A stretch of 63,884 nucleotides of DNA, filler included, from Craspedostauros australis (taxonomy: Eukaryota): assembly GCA_030167865.1 (NCBI GenBank). It is 16 parts of 16 records of this genome, joined end to end, with 100 filler letters (N's around TTAATTAATTAA, not from the genome) between each part and the next. Parts side by side here need not be neighbours in the genome. Positions count along the whole stretch, not along the records: positions 9,395 to 13,108 come from JALAGF010005670.1; positions 13,209 to 18,384 come from JALAGF010005671.1; positions 18,485 to 24,416 come from JALAGF010005672.1; 13 more parts are not named here. One strand, given 5' to 3'. Below, one piece after another: positions 9,785 to 20,643 of the stretch. The notes under the pieces were generated by a model, which made no database searches, was not told the origin of the DNA, and was given only the letters and a program-made list of their open reading frames with translations. The translations under genes and the position numbers were made by a program. Within the stretch, counting starts at the first letter, position 1, and every line of letters starts with the position of its first letter.

Positions 9785-11932
9785 CGATAGCACTAGTTGT
9801 GCAGTTTTGTGGGTGCCCGTCCAGGCTACTAAAACGAGTCTAGAGCCCACCCAAAAACACATCCAAATATCGGCTTATCATGCTATATCTCAACAACAAA
9901 CTGCTTAAAATGAAAACTAAGCATTGCATTCGTACACATGACTATCGGTTTATCAGAATGTTGAAGTTAAATGAGTATAGAAAATATTTTGGAAGTCATG
10001 TTGGTTTGCGGTGTTTTGTGTGGTGGATTCGGAAAAAATTGTTGATGCCACAATGTTGCCCTCCAATGAGCACACATGATCATCATCATCATCCTTGTAT
10101 TTCAGCAAACTGTGCATACCATTCGCTCTGCATACCNNNNNNNNNNNNNNNNNNNNNNNNNNNNNNNNNNNNNNNNNNNNNNNNNNNNNNNNNNNNNNNN
10201 NNNNNNNNNNNNNNNNNNNNNNGAAAAATCAGTTTCAATGTGGATGCAGTTCAGATATGGATCCGTATCTCGTCCATACGATCCTTTAACCCCCTCCAAG
10301 CGCTCCTTGTGCATTCCCACACTCCATGGCGACACGCGGCTGCATCCAGAATGGGCTGGGAGTGCATGGCCGACGTGATGCACCTCCACAAGATGATGTG
10401 GTGGTGCATTTGTTGCTCCCACCAACAACGACCATTCTGCAGATATGGTCAGCTGCNNNNNNNNNNNNNNNNNNNNNNNNNNNNNNNNNNNNNNNNNNNN
10501 NNNNNNATATCGGCTTATCATGCTATATCTCAACAACACATCGCTTAAAATTAAATCTAAACATTGCATTCAGACGGCTGGCTATCTGTTGATCAGAATA
10601 TCGAAGTTAAATGAGTATTGAAAATATTTTGGAAGTCATGTTGGTTTGCTGTGTGTTGTGTGGTGGATTCGAGAAAAAATTGTTGATGCCACAATGTTGC
10701 CCTCCAATGAGCACACATGATCATCATCATCATCCTTGTATTTCANNNNNNNNNNNNNNNNNNNNNNNNNNNNNNNNNNNNNNNNNNNNGCTCCATGAAG
10801 CATGGCCACAGATATTGGCTCTGCATGCAGCAATGCATCCACACACTGAAACAGAGCATTTTCGAAAAATCATTTTCGATGTGGATGCAGTTCAGATATG
10901 GATCCGTATCTCGTCCATACAATCCTTTCACCCACTCCAAGCGCTCCTCGTGCATTACCACACTCCATGGCGACACGCGGATGCATCCAGACTGGGCTGG
11001 GAGTGCATGGCCGACGTGATGCACCTCCATATGATGATGTGGTGGTGCATTTCTTGCTCCAACCGAACATGACCATTCCGCAGATATGGTTGGCTGCAGC
11101 GTCTTCCAGACAACTTGAGCAGAGCATGCTTCACGACGTGCATCTTCAATTGATGCCGCACGCATCTTGTATGGGTGGCTTGACGATTGAGGGGCATCTT
11201 CCCATCGCCCCTCACTGCCAAAGCCACGCGACCGGTGCTGCGCGAGCTCCAACCAAAACTCCTGAAAACCACCTTTGCCTCCGCGCGGACACCTTCCCGG
11301 TGCTCCGCGACCCTCAAACTTCGAGGGTGCCTTCATCTTGGCCTCCTTGAGGCATCCTGCGCATCCATAGGCGCTGATATGGCCTGTGTGTGGCACACAT
11401 CGGCCAAAACCAACCAGCCGATTTGGGGCCAAATCGTGATCGTATTTCTGGGGCCTACGACGGCCCCAAATCAACCCCTCTTCCCGCCTCCGTTCGTACA
11501 CCCACCAAAAGTTGCGTGGAGGTGACGACGATGTTCTTGGATCTTGAATTGGCCGGCTGGTTGTTGCGGCGCCAAGCATACCGTTCGACGGCCATTGTGG
11601 TATTTTTTTGGTGTTGCTCCANNNNNNNNNNGGTGTGTCGAGTTTGCCACTCTCAACCGGCCTCACATGTTGGGGGATGTGGAGATTTGCCTCCAATTGT
11701 ACCGACTGTCCAAAAAGACCATGACACAAAACACTCGAGGAGTACCAACCCCACTCAACCACTTCGCCACGACGAAGCAGACCTGATGATGTTGCGCATC
11801 GTGATATCATTGGTGTTTGATGACGAAGTATCCAGTTTCGTGACGTCGATGACGGATTGGACAAGCACATGATGAAATGAATGTAAACGCGTGTTCACCG
11901 CTTCCCCCAACATTCTACAACTAGTGCTATCG
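9785..11932. mobile_element. Non-autonomous TIR element, ~2.1 kb as assembled
   Basis: CGATAGCACTAGTTGT at 9785-9800 and its exact reverse complement at 11917-11932. The same end lies at 30330, beside a mariner transposase. No transposase motifs inside. Confidence 0.7.
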
Positions 11933-12526
11933 TTGATGGACTGTTGGATGGCCTCATCCGAACACCTGAAAAAGAGACTAAACAATTCAAAATCGGAACA
12001 ACCTTGCTGAAACGAAGAACAGCAAAGGGTTAAATTGGATCGATGTAGTCGNNNNNNNNNNNNNNNNNNNNNNNNNNNNNNNNNNNNNNNNNNNNNNNNN
12101 NNNNNNNNNNNNNNNNNNNNNNNNNNNNNNNNNNNNNNNNNNNNNNNNNNNNNNNNNNNNNNNNNNTAGGAGAATACGAATATGTACGTTGTTTGGATAT
12201 CTGAGACAAAAGTTCTGGAGTCCCGTAACAAAGTGCAGGTCGACTCACTAAGTGGGGTCATACATTGGATTGGATTGTATAATGCGCACATCGCTGATTG
12301 GCATCGTGTGTGTGTCATCACTTCCCCCCAGGGATGTTTGAGCTTACTGTTCCATGCACTTGCGCATTGAAAACTACCTATGGATTGGTCAGAAGTTGGT
12401 GTTCACTTCCACGCGCTACTTCACTCGCGACATGAGATCAATTTCATTGGATACTGCGTGCATTACTATTTGTTGTGTTGAAGCTATGTTCGTGGACTTT
12501 GTTATCCTATACTCCATGCGTCCTCT

Positions 12527-13108
12527 TCACACGACGCGACCAACCTCCAAATCAAACTGCTCCGTGCCTGTGCTCTGCACCATGATGTAATACGTCACCG
12601 TCGCTGCGGAGTTCCAAACCACACGGTGATGAGATCCGCACGAGTCCCTCTCATCCGACACCAAGTCGATGCATTGCAACACGTCGCAATCAAACGCATT
12701 CTCATCCACAAACAGTGGACCATCATTCGCCAGGTGCCGAGATACACGAGTATGGCCACTTCCACCACCCAATGAAGCTTGGTGGAGCAGATCGTCACCG
12801 TACGAATGGGTATCACCCTCCAACAGCCTACCATTCGATGTGTAATGATCAAAGTCGATCTCACTCACAGACACACGAGTTCGTGCTCGACCAATCGTAT
12901 TGCAGGTGGTGGCATACATCTGACCACCTGTGCCCTCCACCTTGTACCACATGCCGCTGTGCCTCTGAATTGGAAAATCGGGATTGCATGCTTCATAATC
13001 GAGAGCACCTTGTGTTGTGTCGGCCGTGCTCCATGCAGATGCCTGCGCCGTCAACCTCACCACTTTCGCTCGACTGCACACATCGTTGCTGGGAGAGATG
13101 CGAAAGTC
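12527..13108 (-). CDS. 3' part of a host gene with a Cys-containing PPC-like beta-sandwich repeat
   Basis: Pattern C..A...T.GA....C......GMWYKVEGTG..MYATTC...T.VSV...C..LQC....C....VVW.S....YYIMV....FDL.V, which I recognise from diatom extracellular proteins. Confidence 0.65.
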   Translation of the reverse strand, partial: DFRISPSNDVCSRAKVVRLTAQASAWSTADTTQGALDYEACNPDFPIQRHSGMWYKVEGTGGQMYATTCNTIGRARTRVSVSEIDFDHYTSNGRLLEGDTHSYGDDLLHQASLGGGSGHTRVSRHLANDGPLFVDENAFDCDVLQCIDLVSDERDSCGSHHRVVWNSAATVTYYIMVQSTGTEQFDLEVGRVV

Positions 13109-14790
13109 NNNNNNNNNNNNNNNNNNNNNNNNNNNNNNNNNNNNNNNNNNNNTTAATTAATTAANNNNNNNNNNNNNNNNNNNNNNNNNNNNNNNNNNNN
13201 NNNNNNNNACTGGAGAAAGAGAGAAAGAGAGGACCCGTCCGCCCTCAGCACTGAACCTCTGAAGGTCAGTGCAGAGCCGCACCATTCAGACCAACTATCG
13301 TTTCTTCATCCTACATCTCAAACTGATCAACTCACAATGCAGACTATTCAAATAACAAATATCACAACTCAAGATCAGCACTACAACACTTATCTACTTC
13401 ATTGTCACTAACTACTAATCTCCAGACGGTCGCCCCACGTTGACTTCATCATCAGATTCCCAGAATCTGGCAGTCAACTAGGTCATCCCTCCCGGATCGT
13501 GTCACAACAGCACACGAAAATCCAACTCAAATCGAGCTTCCCACCAAGCAAAACACAAAGAAAGCGAAAATCAGATAGAAATGGGTGCCACGTGTCGTGA
13601 CAGGAGCTCCCAAAAAAGCGAATTCTGGCCGCTTGCATCACGTTTTGCCTCTAAAACTCTAGGCTGACGCCATCATAACGTTATAACCAAAGGCTGGACT
13701 CACTGTCTAGCACCTGGTCCTTATTACCAATGTGTTAAAGTATATATGGTTAAATTTTAGTCTCCATAGGAGCCCATTTTTTCAGAAACCTGCCGTGGTC
13801 GTACGGTCATTGGCTGACGTGGGTCCTATGGATATTGCATCATGCGTGGAAGCGATCTGAATCGCTTCTGAGTCATACTGCCGACGGAGTTGCGTCTGTC
13901 ATCGTTCCCTCTCGGATGTGATGGCTCGTCCACGGAATGTCCGATGAGATTGTCCTCTGCTGAACCAAAGGTCGTGCCACACCACATCACCGATGTGCAG
14001 TTGATCATTGAAGTCCCCAGACGCGTATCTTTGTGCCATCGATGGCGTCGTGGTCAAATTGGTTGAGAAGTCGAGGAGAGACGATGCCGCCGACTTTCGA
14101 CACAAACGCGCCCCCACACGATCGTCATTCAAGGCGGAAGCCAGACGAGCATGGGAGCCTTCGTTCTATATGAATGATAGTACTACTCCGACCGGAAAGG
14201 ATTCAGCCCGAACACAGGCACGGCACGCTCTGTTTTTGTCGTTCAGCCACCCTCAGAAGCNNNNNNNNNNNNNNNNNNNNNNNNNNNNNNNNNNNNNNNN
14301 NNNNNNNNNNNNNNNNNNNNNNNNNNNNNNNNNNNNNNNNNNNNNNNNNNNNNNNNNNNACCATCGTAGTTGGTACCATGGTTGTGTCCAACCCTCATTT
14401 CGTTGCTGTCTGTGTCATCTCCTGGCATATTCTCCTTCACTCGTGTGATCTTGTTCTCTGAGGTGAATCGGTTCACACACGGACACGACCTGGGGTAACT
14501 CGGGTGANCTTCGCGCACAGGACACGCATTCTAGTCCACTCAACTGACAAATTATTCACATACCTCTCCGACACTTCCGCCCACAGGTTGCTCATTGCAT
14601 TTTGAAGCCTTCATCTCCATCTCCATTGGAATCTCGTTGTGTCTGTGTCACTTCATCTCGTAGTTGCTGGTTGCTGTTCTTGCATTTTTCCTGTGTGTCT
14701 GATTGGAATACTGCTCGCAAGCTCACTTGCCTGTTTCTTCCTCACTCTTCATTCCTCAATCTGACAGACTCCTGCATCACCAATGGAACG

Positions 14791-15265
14791 TGATATCTGG
14801 AGAGCAGAAGGACGCCTACTGACGTCGACAGGATATCATCATGTCAACACGTTGACATCTGTCTCCAAGTCAGAGCAGGAGGCGAAGATACGATGACCCA
14901 TGAAGATCATGGATACTGAAGGTGAACTTCAAATGGCAAGTACTCATGGAGTAGGAACCAGTACTGAACGAACGGAGTGTTGAATGCGGGGTACACATCG
15001 AACACGGAGTATCGTGCAGCATGAGCACACGATGTTGAGAGAGAGAGAGAGAGAATACAGAGAAGAGCGAGAGAGCATCTCGCGTACCGACTCATAGTCG
15101 GAGACCGAATCTACAAAACAGATTGAAGCGCCAAGAGCATTGGGCAAGAGAACTGGTGTACACCGAGAGCATCGGAGTAGCCAACTAATGAAATAGCAAA
15201 CAACCGACTATCAACCAACACCATCTTCCACGATCGTAGGCTTCCAATCACGGAACTTGCCAACA
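14791..15265 (+). repeat. 5' LTR of Copia family A (left boundary uncertain)
   Basis: 14828-15265 matches 36399-36835 and the reverse complement of 59534-59965. Contains a (GA)n tract and ends CCAACA. Confidence 0.85.
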
Positions 15266-15347
15266 TGTTTATAAACAATAGATCAGGGCGAGCCCGCGGA
15301 TCGGATCCTGCGAGGAAGACGAACATCATTCAAGAGCAGCAGGCTGA

Positions 15348-18300
15348 ATGAGCGAGGAAGAGGAATTGAAAGACATCCCTCTGTCCAATCCGGCTATCAA
15401 GCAAGAAGAAGGTGCAAGTGAGACTCCACCACGACAAGAGAAGGAAGCAGCCGCGGCTACTGTCCTATCAAGCACGGACGCAAGCGCGATTGACGAGACC
15501 AAAGAAGAACGGTCTGCGAGACTACACCGTGAGAAGAAGAGGATTCTCAAGGCGGCCAAGCAAGAGGAGACTGGTGTGACGAAGAGCATTTGCACAGCCA
15601 AACAGGGTGAGAAAAGTGAGACACCATCAGGAGGAGAATTTGTGACGAAAACAACCTCCGCGCAACAACAGGCGAAATTCGAAAAAGTGACAACACAGAA
15701 ACAAACGGAAACAAAGGACGCGAGCGCACCAACAACGAAACAACAAGACAAGATGGCGACATCAACCAACACGAGCAAGCGACGCATCAAGGCGCCGATG
15801 TTCAGCGGTGAACAGGAAGACTACAGCGCATGGGAGTCCCAAGCAAAGGCATACGCTCGTACACAGAAGACAAGAGACGTGATGTTGGGCAAGACGAAGA
15901 TCCCAACAATGAGTGAGATCGCAGCAGCCAACGAAGCAGACAGGGAAGCGCTGGAGGAAACCTACGAGCTGGAATGCGAATGCTTCAGCGATCTGATCCT
16001 CATGATGGATGCAGAGAAGGGAAAGGGCAAGCAGGCCATCCAAGACATCAATGCATCTCCGACGATTACCCCAAGGGGGATCCACACGCTGCATGGAACG
16101 TTCTCGCGGAGAAGTTCCGCCCATCCGATGCGACAACGAAGATCAAACTCAAGCGTCAATTCAACAACAAAAAGATGAAGAGAGACACAGACCCCGACAT
16201 GTACATCACATGACTCAAGATACTACGTTCTCATCTCCACGATGTCGGATACACGATCACTGACGAGGAAATGATCATGCAAATCCTCAGTATGGTAAGC
16301 GTCGAGTACAGAACGCACATCGTGAGCTTCAACCACCAACTCACGTTCAATCCGGAACTGGTTACCATCAACGAGATCAGAGGAGTACTCCGCACGGCAC
16401 ACGCCACTCATCAAGGAGGCAAGGCGTACATCGACGACTTCCAAGACAGCAACACGAAGAGCAACGACACCGGCTTCACGAGCACCGGTAACTTCAAGGG
16501 TACCTGCCACAACTGTGGTGTGTATGGTCACAGATCCGCCGATTGCCCAGAACGCAAGAAATCGAACAACAAGAAAAACAACAACAACAACAACAACAAC
16601 AACAAGATGAACAGAAAGCGCAACAAGGGAAGCGGCTTCAACGGGAAGTGCAACTACTGTGGCATCTTCGGACACCGTGAGGCGGAGTGCCGAAAGAAGA
16701 AATTCAACGAGAAGAAGAAGGCCGACGAACAGGCCAACGCGGCTACGGAAGGACACGACAAGAGCGGGCACGAGATGGTACTCTCAGCAAAGGACATGCC
16801 GCTCTGCATGTTGGTGTCCGACGACTACATCGAAGACTCCTTCTTCGATAACTTCGNNNNNNNNNNNNNNNNNNNNNNNNNNNNNNNNNNNNNNNNNNNN
16901 NNNNNNNNNNNNNNNNNNNNNNNNNNNNNNNNNNNNNNNNNNNNNNNNNNNNNNNNNNNNNNNNNNNNNNNNTTCAACGCGCACGACCTGATCGGTTCAT
17001 ACGGCGACGAAGCTGAGATGGACGAGGCCAACGATAGCGACATCGAAGAGGCCATGAGCGATGACGATGACGCCGACGAGGACGGCGCAGATGAAGACGA
17101 CGAGGCGAACCGCGACGAGTTGCCTCCTCCTCAAGCTGGGAGATACGAGAGANNNNNNNNNNNNNNNNNNNNNNNNNNNNNNNNNNNNNNNNNNNNNNNN
17201 NNGACATGCCGCTCTGCATGTTGGTGTCCGACGACTACATCGAAGACTCCTTCTTCGATAACTTCGAGTACGTCGGGAGTGACGACAAAGTGCAGAATGA
17301 TGAGATCATCCCGGAATGGCTCAGCGAGGAGCCAATCATCCACGAGGTGGATCCAAGACGCGAAGTGAGCTACGAATGCTGCTTCAACGCGCACGACCTG
17401 ATNNNNNNNNNNNNNNNNNNNNNNNNNNNNNNNNNNNNNNNNNNNGATAGCGACATCGAAGAGGCCATGAGCGATGACGACGACGACGCCGACGAGGACG
17501 GCGCAGATGAAGACGACGAGGCGAACCGCGACGAGTTGCCTCCTCCTCAAATTGGGAGATACGAGAGAACGGGAACCTTCATCAATCAAGGCGAAACGCG
17601 CCGCGCCGCAGCGCCGCCTCCTCCAGCAGCGGGGAACAACAGATCGGGCATCTTCGATGAGGATGACAGCGATGAATCCGAGGACGGCAATCATCCAGAC
17701 GACAGCTTCAATCCAAACGAGCNNNNNNNNNNNNNNNNNNNNNNNNNNNNNNNNNNNNNNNNNNNNNNNNNNNNNNNNNNNNNNNNNNNNNNNNNNNCCA
17801 TCGTCATGACACCGTCCCATATGCAACAGAGACAGCATTGGTGATCCAGAAGCAACTCATCTTCGATGCAGTGATGGAAGCGGGAGTGAGCCTGTTCCCA
17901 GGAATCGAACGAGGGGTACTCAGACCGATATGGGTCAACATGATGGGATCCATCCTATCCGAGAACTTCAGATCGATTGAAGAGATTCTCGCCAATTCGG
18001 TTGTGATCAATCGCATACTGGAAGCAGCCGAGACAGAGACNATCCCAGANACGGATCTTCACTACATCCTAGGAGGATGTATGCGCGTACTCTTACGCGA
18101 GCGACCACGCGTCCACCCATATGATCCAGCCACAGGATCTCATCGGAACAGTACGGTTCCATCGGACTACGCACAGCTACCTGACGATATGGATGACGGA
18201 GACCATCATCATCCATACAACGAAGATGGAGTCCACGAAGACGACGACGACGACAGCTTCGACGACGAGATAGCTGCGGCAGCTGTGGAGCAACTCCACA

Positions 18301-18384
18301 AGCTGAGCACCAAGTACAAGGACAAAGTCAACAAGGACACCTGGCTCGCCGACAGCGGAGCTTCGTGTCACATCGTCAACTCGG
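15348..18384 (+). mobile_element. Copia family A gag - extra module - start of protease; defective
   Basis: Close paralog of 163-2716 with two intact CCHC knuckles and WLADSGASCH. Frameshifting deletion near 16050 and TGA at 16211-16213. Confidence 0.92.
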
Positions 18385-18485
18385 NNNNNNNNNNNNNNNN
18401 NNNNNNNNNNNNNNNNNNNNNNNNNNNNTTAATTAATTAANNNNNNNNNNNNNNNNNNNNNNNNNNNNNNNNNNNNNNNNNNNNT

Positions 18486-19100
18486 GCCGGCGGGTACGAT
18501 ACCAGCAACGTGGAGAATGTGGAACACTACGCCGAACTGCAGCACCTCGCGAAACAATTGAATGTCACGGAGATCGAATTCCGATTCGACATTTCGGATG
18601 CGATGCGATCGCAGCTATTCCAAACGGCGCTGTGCGTGGTGTACACGCCCGACAAGGAGCACTTTGGCATCGTGCCGTTGGAAGCCATGTACGCGGGCAC
18701 GCCGGTGTTGGCGGTCAATTCGGGCGGGCCGACCGAAACCGTCGTGGATTCGCGGACGGGGTTCTTGCGCGAACCGACGCCGCAAGCCTTTGCGGGGGCC
18801 TTGGAGATTCTGATCCNGGATCCGCAGCGTGCGACCGTCATGGGGAAGCAAGCCAGGATTCATGTCGAGAAGTCATTTGGTGCGGATCGGTTCCGTGAAC
18901 AGTGGGATGAGCTGGTGCTGTCGACGCAGGAACGCAAGAGCAAACGCAAGGTGATGCCATCGGGTGCGCTAATTGTCCCGTTGGTTTCTATGCTATTCCT
19001 CGTTGTGTCGATCATCTTTATCCTGTGGATCACAACGGGATTCGTGCCGAGAAGCGTGGCTGAATACAGTTCCGGGCGTGTACTGGCACAAGAGCTGTGA
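18486..19100 (+). CDS. ALG2: Alpha-1,3/1,6-mannosyltransferase (GT4), 3' part
   Basis: AGGYD...ENVEHYAEL, YTPDKEHFGIVPLEAM, NSGGPTETVVD..TGFL and a C-terminal TM helix. Confidence 0.9.
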   Translation, partial: AGGYDTSNVENVEHYAELQHLAKQLNVTEIEFRFDISDAMRSQLFQTALCVVYTPDKEHFGIVPLEAMYAGTPVLAVNSGGPTETVVDSRTGFLREPTPQAFAGALEILIXDPQRATVMGKQARIHVEKSFGADRFREQWDELVLSTQERKSKRKVMPSGALIVPLVSMLFLVVSIIFILWITTGFVPRSVAEYSSGRVLAQEL

Positions 19101-19773
19101 AGCGTGGTGTTCACGGAAGCAGTACAGTGGGCATTGCGAAGAGGTGACTTCTGTTTTCATTCAACATGCGACGACACTGTTCAGGAATAGATGAAGCAAC
19201 GTGACAGGCGGTGCTACCATGTGGAGAGGTCCTTGCAACAGGCTCACACTCTCTGGAGAAGCAACACGCGTACTACTATGAGTGCTCTATGCAGACGTGG
19301 CATTTGACGAACACAGCTCGGAGTTGGACGTGCGCTGCACTCGCAAAAGTTTCATCTTGTCCAGACATAGTATAATAGTACCCACGCTCTCCACGATCCA
19401 GATAAACGAACGTGACTTTGAATTGGAATGAGATGGTCTATATGATTAGTTCTGTACGGCAGAGTTGCGTATGAAGAGTTGTCCTTGTCCCCAGGCTTCT
19501 TGACGATGGACAGTGATGCTCGGCATGGACCAGCGTATCTCGCATCCTCCACGCCAATCCGTGACTTGCTTGCTTCCTTGTGGACGTCCGACATAGACGT
19601 CAACAACGACGGCAACGGACCATCCCGACTTGCTATCCATATTTACAAGCCGTCGCTTCCATGACGACGACCAAGAAAAGAAGAGAACGGCCGTCCATGT
19701 TCACGATGGCAATCCCCGATGGAACCCGTCCATGGACACGTGCGCGTGTGCGTCGATACCGTCGTGCTCCCGT

Positions 19774-20172
19774 TCATCTCCTACCCGCCGCAACGTGGAT
19801 GGATTCTTGCTTCTGGTACTGGCGGATGCGATTGAATCCCTTGCCGCCCGCGTTGCGTTTCTTGTTGCCGTCCTGCCTCAAGGCCGCCAATGGCTGTGCC
19901 GTGGAACCAGGCCGCGCCAATCGGTAGCAGGGATACCCATGCTTGAAGCCGTTCTTGATCTTGACGAGGACGCCTTGCTCCGTTCCCTTCTTCAGCGTGT
20001 CCTTCACGGAACCCTTCGGGATGACGCAGTTGCGCAGATGCGTCGCGATCCATTCCTCGATCTCGTTGACGGAGGGTTCCTTCAATGCCTGCATGGCCTT
20101 CACGATGTGCTGCAGCACGGGATCGTTCTCCTTGTTCTCGTTTGCGGGGGTGGTCTGCTTGCGTCGCGGCAT
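19774..20172 (-). CDS. Small basic protein with a linker-histone H1 (H15)-like winged helix
   Basis: IVKAMQALKE..V.EIEEWI..H.......VKDTLKKGTEQGVLVKIK.G....YRL follows the H15 helix/wing pattern. Basic N- and C-terminal tails. Confidence 0.5.
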   Translation of the reverse strand: MPRRKQTTPANENKENDPVLQHIVKAMQALKEPSVNEIEEWIATHLRNCVIPKGSVKDTLKKGTEQGVLVKIKNGFKHGYPCYRLARPGSTAQPLAALRQDGNKKRNAGGKGFNRIRQYQKQESIHVAAGRR

Positions 20173-20643
20173 CTTGGTGCTTGTTTCTTCTTGTTCTGAG
20201 TGATGTCGTTGTGAATCTCACGATGGAACGTCGTTCTTGGTCGCTTCTTTCGATTTTATGACAAGAAGATGAGGCATTCCCACACGCTTCCTTGTTTGCG
20301 TGGTGTCTGTGCGGAGCAATGTGTGGATACGTGTACGTGCGAGCATGGTTGCTTTCTCGATCCATCGTGGTGATTTCCAAAATAACGGTTGGTATCTTGT
20401 TCGCAGGACCGCGAAAACACAACGACAACAAACATGTGGGAAACGAACTTCGAAGAACTAGGGACTAAATATTCATGAATCACGGACATTCGTTTCAACT
20501 TAGACTACTATCTGGAGACTACAACATGGACTCTGTTGCATCCATACGGGCGCTCCACTCTGCTCAAATCTATTATCCACACCATTGTACAACTACAACT
20601 ACTGTATATGTGTCCAATACAACCTACTATCCACGCCATCTCC

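Noticed and set aside
10743..11870. 375-aa minus-strand ORF inside the TIR element
   Set aside because: Non-ATG start, runs through Ns and repeat DNA, and has no recognisable motifs.
9791..11926. CACTA/EnSpm element (CACTAG...CTAGTG)
   Set aside because: The inverted match extends 6 bp beyond CACTA, there is no 2-3 bp direct duplication at that boundary, and the same end sits beside a mariner transposase.
15266..15298. Half-tRNA PBS split by a tRNA intron (GTTTAT...GAGCCCGCG)
   Set aside because: The split point does not correspond to the canonical 37/38 intron position and the match is short.
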